Shown one piece after another: positions 57,257 to 64,000 of a stretch of 64,000 nucleotides of DNA. Where the stretch lies: NCBI GenBank assembly GCA_040880545.1, contig JBBDIE010000151.1, forward strand, positions 10,617 to 74,616, written 5' to 3'. The translations under genes were made by a program, and so were the position numbers. How positions within the stretch are numbered: position 1 is the stretch's first letter; every line of letters starts with the position of its first letter. The notes beneath the pieces were generated by a model. That model searched no databases and was not told the DNA's origin. It saw only the letters and a program-made list of their open reading frames with translations. The stretch comes from Bacteroidales bacterium (GTDB taxonomy: Bacteria; Bacteroidota; Bacteroidia; Bacteroidales; GCA-2748055).

Positions 57257-58594
57257 ATGTCTAAAAAGAAACTATATATTGAAACCTACGGTTGCCAAAT
57301 GAATGTAGTAGACTCCGAAGTTGTGGTGGCCATTCTCCAGAAGCAGGATTACGACCTGACCGAAGATATGGCGGAGGCCGACCTGGTACTTGTGAACACA
57401 TGCTCCATTCGTGACAATGCTGAACAAAAGGTATTTCAGCGTATCAAAGAATTCGGAAGACAAAAAAAGAAAAACGAAAATCTGGTGGTTGGAGTCATTG
57501 GTTGTATGGCCGAACGGCTGAAGGAGAAACTACTGGAAGAGGACAGGTGGGTGGATCTGGTGGTTGGGCCCGATGCATACCGCGAACTTCCGGGATTACT
57601 TGAAGAGGTGGAAAGTGGTCAGAAGGGCATCAATACCCTGCTTTCCCTGGAGGAAACCTATGCCGATCTGAGTCCGGTGAGGCTGGATCAAAACCATGTT
57701 TCTGCGTTCGTGGCAATCATGCGCGGATGCGACAATTTTTGTTCCTATTGCGTAGTACCATTCACACGGGGAAGAGAACGAAGCCGGGATCCTTATACTA
57801 TTGAAAATGAGGTTCGTGAACTGTTTGAAAAAGGATACCGTGAGGTAACACTGCTGGGACAAAATGTTAATTCATACAAATGGAAAACGGAAGAATCTGA
57901 AGTAACTGTCACTTTTGAAGCATTGCTGGAACGTATCGCGAATATTACACCTGAACTTCGCGTACGGTTTGCCACATCCCATCCAAAGGATATATCTGAC
58001 GGGCTCCTTCAAACCATGGCAAAATTTCCAAACCTGTGCAGAAGCATTCATCTTCCGGTACAGTCGGGCAGTACAGCGGTTCTGAAGAGAATGAAACGGG
58101 GATACACGCGGGAGGACTACATGAACCGGGTTGAAGCAATCAGAAAATACCTTCCTGAAGCAACCATCTCCACTGATATAATCGCAGGATTCTGCGGCGA
58201 AACAGAAGAGGAACACAAAGAAACACTCAGTCTGATGAAATGGACAGGATTCGACTTTGCTTATATGTTTAAATACAGTGAAAGACCAGATACCCTGGCA
58301 GCGAAAAAATATAAAGATGATGTGCCCGGGGATGTGAAGTCAAAAAGGCTGAATGAGATCATCTCGCTGCAAGGTGCACTTTCCCTGGATAGTAAAAAGA
58401 GAGATATTGGTAAGACCTTTGAAGTCCTGGTGGAAGGGACCTCCAAAAAATCGCAGAAGGATCTTTTCGGAAGGACCAGTCAGAATAAAGTGGTGGTGTT
58501 TCCCGGGAATGGTTATGGCCCGGGCGATTATCTGGAGGTAAAGGTTAACAGGTGTACATCTGCAACCCTGGTAGGGGAGGCGATTCGTAAATGA
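57257..58594 (+). CDS. miaB: tRNA-2-methylthio-N6-dimethylallyladenosine synthase (radical SAM methylthiotransferase)
   Basis: The UPF0004 N-terminus reads KKLYIETYGCQMNVVDSE..VNTCSIR. The radical-SAM motif is CDNFCSYC. A TRAM-like C-terminus is present. Confidence 0.93.
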   Translation: MSKKKLYIETYGCQMNVVDSEVVVAILQKQDYDLTEDMAEADLVLVNTCSIRDNAEQKVFQRIKEFGRQKKKNENLVVGVIGCMAERLKEKLLEEDRWVDLVVGPDAYRELPGLLEEVESGQKGINTLLSLEETYADLSPVRLDQNHVSAFVAIMRGCDNFCSYCVVPFTRGRERSRDPYTIENEVRELFEKGYREVTLLGQNVNSYKWKTEESEVTVTFEALLERIANITPELRVRFATSHPKDISDGLLQTMAKFPNLCRSIHLPVQSGSTAVLKRMKRGYTREDYMNRVEAIRKYLPEATISTDIIAGFCGETEEEHKETLSLMKWTGFDFAYMFKYSERPDTLAAKKYKDDVPGDVKSKRLNEIISLQGALSLDSKKRDIGKTFEVLVEGTSKKSQKDLFGRTSQNKVVVFPGNGYGPGDYLEVKVNRCTSATLVGEAIRK

Positions 58595-58617
58595 CAATTA
58601 ACATGAACTATTAAACC

Positions 58618-58974
58618 ATGAGTGATCAGATCAATGACTTCCGGACGTACCGGGAAAAAATGAACAAGAGGCTGCTATCGGCCAACAACAAAGTGATCAA
58701 ACGAATCTTCAACCTGGACACCAATACTTACACGGACGGGGCATTATCTGCTAAAGTGAAGGAGATGCTGGGACTGGCCACATCCATGGTGCTCCGTTGC
58801 GACGATTGTATTAAATATCACCTGGAAAAGTGTATGGAACAAGGCGTGAACAAAGCAGAGATCATGGAAATATTTGCAGTGGCAAACCTGGTTGGCGGAA
58901 CCATAGTCATTCCACATACCAGAAGAGCTTTGGAGTACTGGGAAGCGCTTGAAAACGAGACCCTGAAGCGCTGA
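58618..58974 (+). CDS. Carboxymuconolactone decarboxylase (AhpD-like) family protein
   Basis: It is 118 aa with an AhpD-type CxxC motif (LRCDDCIKYHL). Confidence 0.75.
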   Translation: MSDQINDFRTYREKMNKRLLSANNKVIKRIFNLDTNTYTDGALSAKVKEMLGLATSMVLRCDDCIKYHLEKCMEQGVNKAEIMEIFAVANLVGGTIVIPHTRRALEYWEALENETLKR

Positions 58975-58976
58975 AT

Positions 58977-59384
58977 CTATTCATCCAGTTCCATCACAAT
59001 TTTTTCCTTCACATCCAGCACGGGGATAATATTGAGCGACCCTTGCAAACCCATAAGCTCAATCAGCTCAGAAACCTCCCCGGTAATATTACAAATCTGA
59101 AACGTACATCCCCTGGCCCTGGATAGTTCAGTAACCCTCTCAAGCACATTGAATCCGGCTGTATCAATAAAACGAATCCCCTGCAAATTAAAGATCACGT
59201 GTCTACCGGGTTGACTTACCAGGTTATTAAGTTGTTGACTGATCAATTCTGAAAACAACGTATTCAGTTTGTTAACCTGGAAAAGTGAGACAAGGTATTT
59301 TTCTTCCTCCTTCGCAACTTTTAACATAATTTTTACCTGTTTTAATTTACCCTGGGTACGAAAATAGCGATAGTTTGGCTTCAA
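58977..59384 (-). CDS. STAS-domain protein (anti-sigma-factor antagonist type)
   Basis: The sequence reads VIFNLQGIRFIDTAGFNVLERV..ARGCTFQICNITGEVSELIELMGL, with a phosphorylatable Thr in the DTAG position. The true start may be the ATG at 59327 (MLKVAKEE..). Confidence 0.7.
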   Translation of the reverse strand: MKPNYRYFRTQGKLKQVKIMLKVAKEEEKYLVSLFQVNKLNTLFSELISQQLNNLVSQPGRHVIFNLQGIRFIDTAGFNVLERVTELSRARGCTFQICNITGEVSELIELMGLQGSLNIIPVLDVKEKIVMELDE

Positions 59385-59544
59385 TAAATTTCATTCTCCC
59401 ATAATTATCCACATATTTGGATAGTTGTTCACAATCTCCGTGTAGCACTGATTTTCATTGGTATGGGGTGGATTAATTTTTATTTCCCGGCCAGAAAATA
59501 AAAGTGCAGTGCAACCTGATCATTTGATGGAAACCTGTTACGGA

Positions 59545-61308
59545 TCACTTCTTACTTTCAGGCTTTTTCAGCGTAAGATGCAATTCATCCAGTTGATCCT
59601 GTGAAATGGTACTGGGTGTATCGATCATCACATCCCTGCCTGCATTGTTTTTCGGAAATGCAATGGTATCACGAATAGAATCAAGTTCTGCAAACAGCGC
59701 CACCCAGCGGTCAAATCCAAATGCGATCCCACCATGGGGAGGAGCCCCATAACGAAATGCACCCATGAGAAAACCAAACTGTTTGGCAGCCTCTTCCCTT
59801 GTAAATCCAAGGTTATCGAACATCTGCTGTTGCAACCCTTCGTTATGGATCCTGATGGAACCCCCACCAATCTCCACTCCATTGATAACCAGGTCGTATG
59901 CGATGGCCCGCACCTTGCCGGGATCACTCTTGAACAGTTCCAGGTCCTCTTCATAGGGACTGGTAAACGGGTGGTGCATGGCATGGTAACGTGCTGTCTC
60001 CTCATCCCATTCCAGGAGCGGAAAATCCACCACCCACAATGGTTTAAACGTTTTCTGCTCCATCAGTTTCAGCCTCCGGCCCATCTCCAGCCGTAATTCA
60101 CTCAACGCCTTTCGTGTAATCTCCGTATCACCGGCAAGCACGAGCAACAGATCGCCCGGCCTGGCACCCATGGCATCGGCCCATTTCTGCAGCTCTTCGA
60201 AAGAATAGAATTTATCGACCGACGATTTGAATGATCCGGCTTCATTGTATTTCACATAGACCAGACCTTTAGCGCCCATCTGTGGTTTTTTAACAAAATC
60301 TGTCAATTCATCCAACTGTTTCCTGGAATATTCGGCACAACCTTCTACGCATATTCCACTTACATATGCTGCACTGTCAAACACATTGAATCCTTTTCCG
60401 GTCGCTATCTCCTTAAGGTCCACCAGTTCCATTCCAAACCGTGTGTCGGGCTTGTCGTTACCGAATCGTCTCAATGCTTCAGTGTATGCCATTTTCGGAT
60501 ATTTCTCCTTGATCTCCACCCCCTTGATCGATTTGAACAGGTGGTTGGCCAACCCCTCGAAAGCATCCAGCACATCATCGCGATCCACAAAAGACATTTC
60601 ACAGTCTATCTGTGTAAATTCCGGCTGCCTGTCGGCCCGTAAATCTTCATCCCTGAAACATTTTACAATCTGGAAATACCGGTCGAAACCCGCCACCATC
60701 AAAAGTTGTTTAAAGGTCTGGGGTGATTGAGGAAGTGCATAAAATTGTCCTGCATTCATCCTGGAAGGAACCACAAAGTCACGTGCCCCTTCCGGTGTTG
60801 ATTTGATCAGTACCGGGGTTTCCACTTCCAGAAAATTTTCATTACTCAGGTAATTCCTGATCTCAATGGCCATGCGATGCCTCAGTTCAAGATTTTTCCG
60901 GACCTCCACCCTGCGCAGGTCCAGGTACCGGTACTTCATCCGGAGCTCATCACCGCCATCGGTCTCTTTTTCAATGGTAAAGGGAGGTACCTCGGATGAA
61001 TTGAGTATGCTGAAACTTTCCACAAGTATCTCAATTTCACCTGTGGCTATTTTTGAATTTTTATTGCTTCTTACTGCTACCACACCTTCTGTACTGATGA
61101 CATATTCCCGGCCAAGTTTTCTTGCGGAGCGACATAGTTCTGCATTGGTCTCCATGTTGAATACCAGTTGTGTAATGCCATAACGATCACGGAGATCCAC
61201 GAAGGTCATTCCACCCAGATCACGCGATTTTTGAACCCAACCGCTTAACTTTACCTTTGCATCAACGTGTGTTATATTCAGTTCCCCACAGGTGTGTGTT
61301 CTGTACAT
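59545..61308 (-). CDS. aspS: Aspartate--tRNA ligase
   Basis: The N-terminus is [10 protein letters not shown]. Class II motifs are [26 protein letters not shown] and [12 protein letters not shown]. It is 587 aa. Confidence 0.96.
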   Translation of the reverse strand: MYRTHTCGELNITHVDAKVKLSGWVQKSRDLGGMTFVDLRDRYGITQLVFNMETNAELCRSARKLGREYVISTEGVVAVRSNKNSKIATGEIEILVESFSILNSSEVPPFTIEKETDGGDELRMKYRYLDLRRVEVRKNLELRHRMAIEIRNYLSNENFLEVETPVLIKSTPEGARDFVVPSRMNAGQFYALPQSPQTFKQLLMVAGFDRYFQIVKCFRDEDLRADRQPEFTQIDCEMSFVDRDDVLDAFEGLANHLFKSIKGVEIKEKYPKMAYTEALRRFGNDKPDTRFGMELVDLKEIATGKGFNVFDSAAYVSGICVEGCAEYSRKQLDELTDFVKKPQMGAKGLVYVKYNEAGSFKSSVDKFYSFEELQKWADAMGARPGDLLLVLAGDTEITRKALSELRLEMGRRLKLMEQKTFKPLWVVDFPLLEWDEETARYHAMHHPFTSPYEEDLELFKSDPGKVRAIAYDLVINGVEIGGGSIRIHNEGLQQQMFDNLGFTREEAAKQFGFLMGAFRYGAPPHGGIAFGFDRWVALFAELDSIRDTIAFPKNNAGRDVMIDTPSTISQDQLDELHLTLKKPESKK

Positions 61309-61380
61309 TTTTTAATGAATTAATTTTGTCAATCAGTTAAATTACTATTTTGCGAAAATATAAAGAATTATTGAGGTACT

Positions 61381-61833
61381 ATGACATATCCCATCTTCAC
61401 TGACGAATATTTTATGAACGAGGCTCTTAAAGAGGCACAAAAAGCCTTTGAGGCCGATGAAGTGCCGGTTGGTGCCATCGTTGTTTCCAACCAGCGAATC
61501 ATTGCCAGGGGATATAATATGACCGAACAGTTAAAAGATGTCACGGCGCATGCTGAAATGATAGCACTTACCAGTGCTGCCAACTTCCTGGGGTCGAAAT
61601 ACCTTACAGATTGCACCTTGTTTGTTACACTGGAACCATGCCTCATGTGTGCCTCTGCGCTGAAATGGGCGCAACTTGGCCGTCTTGTATTTGGAGCATC
61701 CGATGACAAAGCGGGGTACCATCTCATCGAACAGCCGGTCCTGCATCCGAAAACTGAGATCAAATTTGGAATCCTTGAAAACGAGTGTGGCTCAATTATG
61801 AAACAATTCTTCAGGGTTAAACGCGATAAGTAA
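61381..61833 (+). CDS. tadA: tRNA-specific adenosine deaminase
   Basis: CDA zinc motifs are HAEMIAL and PCLMCASAL. It is 150 aa. Confidence 0.92.
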   Translation: MTYPIFTDEYFMNEALKEAQKAFEADEVPVGAIVVSNQRIIARGYNMTEQLKDVTAHAEMIALTSAANFLGSKYLTDCTLFVTLEPCLMCASALKWAQLGRLVFGASDDKAGYHLIEQPVLHPKTEIKFGILENECGSIMKQFFRVKRDK

Positions 61834-61834
61834 T

Positions 61835-62377
61835 ATGGGAACATCAGACAGCATTATTATCCGGAATTTCACTTCCCCCTTCGGGGAGATGATCCTTGGA
61901 TCATTTGGCGAAATGCTCTGCCTGTGCGATTGGAAATACAGGAAAATGAGGAAAGAGGTCGATACCAGGGTCTTGCTACACCTGGATTCTGAATTTCTGG
62001 CAGGCGATTCCCCGGTCATTAACAATACAATTGACCAGTTATCCGAATATTTTGAAGGCAGAAGGGAATCGTTTGATATTCCCTTGTTGCTCGCGGGAAG
62101 CGAATTCCAAAAACAGGTCTGGGAGAAGATCAGGGAGATACCTTATGGAGAAACGCGAAGCTATGCTGAACTTACCCGGACTCTGGGAAATGAAGGCGCC
62201 ATACGTGCCGTTGCCTCAGCCAATGGTGCCAATGCAACAGCAATCATTATTCCCTGTCACCGTGTCATTGGAAGCAATGGTGAATTAACCGGGTATGCCG
62301 GCGGACTGGAGGCCAAAAAAAGATTGCTGAAACTGGAAGCAAAGGGGAAGGGTGTTGAACAACTGGAGTTGTTTTAG
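61835..62377 (+). CDS. ogt: Methylated-DNA--protein-cysteine methyltransferase
   Basis: The active site is IPCHRVIG. Upstream of it is VWEKIREIPYGETRSYAELT. Confidence 0.9.
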   Translation: MGTSDSIIIRNFTSPFGEMILGSFGEMLCLCDWKYRKMRKEVDTRVLLHLDSEFLAGDSPVINNTIDQLSEYFEGRRESFDIPLLLAGSEFQKQVWEKIREIPYGETRSYAELTRTLGNEGAIRAVASANGANATAIIIPCHRVIGSNGELTGYAGGLEAKKRLLKLEAKGKGVEQLELF

Positions 62378-62409
62378 TGAGGGTGTACCCTGGGCAATAT
62401 TTCATAATC

Positions 62410-63663
62410 TTATGAGCCTTCGGGTAGCTCCTCCACCACGAAACCATTGTTTTTCAAATCATTCCAGAAACCGGGATAGGACTTTGTGACAACCATCGGA
62501 TCACGAATAATAATACTTCCATTTACAAGTGCTACGGGGACAAATGCCATGGCCATCCGGTGATCGTGGTAGGTATCGATTACAGGTTCTCGTTCAGGAG
62601 TGCATCTCTTTTTGTTCCATGAGAGAAATGTCCCCCGCTCGTCCGATTCCAGTATATAACCCAGCTTCTTCATTTCTGTTTGAAGGGCCAATATCCTGTC
62701 TGTCTCCTTAATTTTAAGTGTTTGGGTTCCTGTAAACCTGAATGGAACAGCGGCCATACACAAAGCCACTGCCATAGTTTGTACAATGTCGGGAGAATCT
62801 GCAAAATTGAATTTAAACTGTCCCGGATGAATATTGGCCAGCTTGGAAATGGTAAGGGTCTGCCCGTTGAATTCACTGATCAGACCAAGTCCGTGAAATA
62901 TATTTACCAGCACACTATCCCCCTGCAGGCTGATATTATTCAGATAGGACAGCTGCAGGCGGCCATGATCTTCCAGTAGTCCCATGGCATACCAGTAGGA
63001 TGCCGCACTCCAGTCGGATTCCACCCTGATTTTTGTGATGGTGTATTCTCCTGGTGCAACTGTGATGGTATTTCCCTGCCAGTTGGTGGTTGCCCCGCAT
63101 TCCGACATCAGTCCCAGGGTCATTTTTATATAAGATGCTGAAACGATCTCCCCTACCAGTTTTAGTACAAGACCATTCTTCATAACCGGGGCAATCATCA
63201 GAAGGGCGCTGATGAACTGACTGCTTATGTCTCCGCTTATCCTGATCTCCCCTCCCTGCAAAGTCCTTCCTTTGATTTTTAAGGGTGGATATCCTTCCTT
63301 ATCCCCGTAAATGATATTGGCGCCCAACCACCTGAGCGCATCAACAAGCGGACCGATTGGGCGTTCTTTCATCCTGTCTGAGCCGGTGATGGTTACTTGC
63401 TCATTACGACCACTGTAATAAGCCGTCAGAAACCGCATGGACGTTCCGGCGTGCCCCACATCCCTGGTTTTGTTTCCGGATTGTAATGCATCAATCATTA
63501 CCCTGGTATCATCGCTGTCCGATAGGTTCTCTATCTCTCCCACATTTCCTGCCAGGGCATCTATGATCAACAACCTGTTGGAGATACTTTTGGAAGCAGG
63601 AAGATTCACATGGGCATTTAATACAGTGTCTGGCCTGGTAACCTTAATTTTCATTGGAAACAA
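62410..63663 (-). CDS. aroA: 3-phosphoshikimate 1-carboxyvinyltransferase (EPSP synthase)
   Basis: Motifs are LPASKSISNRLLI, GHAGTSMRFL and DHRMAMAF. The start could be 63663 or 63654 (MKIKVTRPD). Confidence 0.9.
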   Translation of the reverse strand: MFPMKIKVTRPDTVLNAHVNLPASKSISNRLLIIDALAGNVGEIENLSDSDDTRVMIDALQSGNKTRDVGHAGTSMRFLTAYYSGRNEQVTITGSDRMKERPIGPLVDALRWLGANIIYGDKEGYPPLKIKGRTLQGGEIRISGDISSQFISALLMIAPVMKNGLVLKLVGEIVSASYIKMTLGLMSECGATTNWQGNTITVAPGEYTITKIRVESDWSAASYWYAMGLLEDHGRLQLSYLNNISLQGDSVLVNIFHGLGLISEFNGQTLTISKLANIHPGQFKFNFADSPDIVQTMAVALCMAAVPFRFTGTQTLKIKETDRILALQTEMKKLGYILESDERGTFLSWNKKRCTPEREPVIDTYHDHRMAMAFVPVALVNGSIIIRDPMVVTKSYPGFWNDLKNNGFVVEELPEGS

Positions 63664-63900
63664 CTATGTTTAACTTTTGTGCAAATAATATTGATCACCT
63701 AATAAAATGGCAATTCCCATATCGGTGCCAGTAAGATACCATCCCGCCTGAGACCCGAAATTATCATATTACCGGCCATTCATGACCACCTGATTTCAAA
63801 CCATAAAAGTAGCAAAAAAGGTCAAATTAATGTTTTAAAACTTATTTAGCGTCTGATAAGAAGGTGCTAAATTGCATCCCAAATTAAACGAGCATCCGGA

Positions 63901-64000
63901 ATGTTAGATTTCTCCGATACAAAAACAGCCTTTGCCATAAAGTCAGACAGGGACATCCGGCGGGCATATTTCATGTATAAAATAATATCCTATCCCTGGC
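63901..64000 (+). CDS. 5' end of a CDS running off the window; the N-terminus is reminiscent of Bacteroidota proline-dehydrogenase-family proteins (weak)
   Basis: The ATG at 63901 opens 33 stop-free codons to the window end (MLDFSDTKTAFAIKSDRDIRRAYFMYKIISYPW). The product guess rests only on my recollection of similar N-termini. Confidence 0.3.
   Translation, partial: MLDFSDTKTAFAIKSDRDIRRAYFMYKIISYPW

Noticed and set aside
61368-61844. A 158-aa minus-strand ORF covering the same DNA as tadA.
   Set aside because: The plus-strand frame has both CDA zinc motifs (HAEMIAL, PCLMCASAL) and sensible gene spacing. The minus-strand product has no motifs.
1-64000. I looked for mobile elements, defence systems (RM, TA, CRISPR-Cas, abortive infection, retrons), prophage genes, and tRNA or rRNA genes.
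   Set aside because: I recognised no integrase, transposase, recombinase, Cas, nuclease-helicase or toxin-antitoxin-like ORFs. There are no spaced direct-repeat arrays, and no tRNA-like sequences in the spacers longer than 100 bp. The window looks like core chromosome plus one PUL.

Overview
This is a 64-kb chromosomal segment from a Bacteroidota genome that uses a type IX secretion system (T9SS). The evidence is SusC/SusD genes, many T9SS C-terminal sorting domains, the Bacteroidota-type dcw gene order and TAnnTTTG promoter-like motifs. (i) 1-14.8 kb is a pectin/rhamnogalacturonan polysaccharide-utilisation locus (PUL): a SusC/SusD pair, a PL1-type pectate lyase, a CE8 pectinesterase and a GH105-type hydrolase fused to Fn3/LamG. 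It also holds two uncharacterised secreted proteins built from a shared ~230-aa alpha/beta module. Five of these proteins end in T9SS sorting domains. (ii) 14.9-26.1 kb carries housekeeping and envelope genes: mfd, coaX, an OM beta-barrel, a TPR protein, lptC, a CNNM/GldE-like protein and a PpiD-like protein. (iii) 26.2-41.8 kb is a complete dcw cluster on the minus strand (mraZ-rsmH-ftsL-ftsI-murE-mraY-murD-ftsW-murG-murC-ftsQ-ftsA-ftsZ, then yqeY). Four 10-bp-phased TGGG boxes resembling a MraZ operator lie upstream of it. (iv) 42-50 kb holds a lipoamino-acid (glycine-lipid type) acyltransferase pair, a long PurF-like amidotransferase and a SPOR protein. It also holds a membrane protein next to an orphan soluble histidine kinase with a 4-Cys motif, a 420-bp ORF-free palindrome-rich spacer, and yebC. 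(v) 50.4-54.9 kb encodes a 1501-aa T9SS-secreted S8 peptidase with 18 strict hexapeptide units N-G-V-[PA]-[ILM]-[VL] and a Cys-bracketed module duplicated at both ends. I consider this the most unusual object in the window. (vi) 55-64 kb holds a TPR-SpoIIE phosphatase, miaB, an AhpD-like protein, a STAS protein, aspS, tadA, ogt, aroA and the start of one more CDS. I saw no rRNA, tRNA, CRISPR array, transposase, integrase or recognisable defence system, so I cannot honestly point to a novel multi-gene system. The candidates worth follow-up are the two novel T9SS cargo architectures and a few non-coding elements. All product calls come from reading motifs by eye; no database or structure searches were run.
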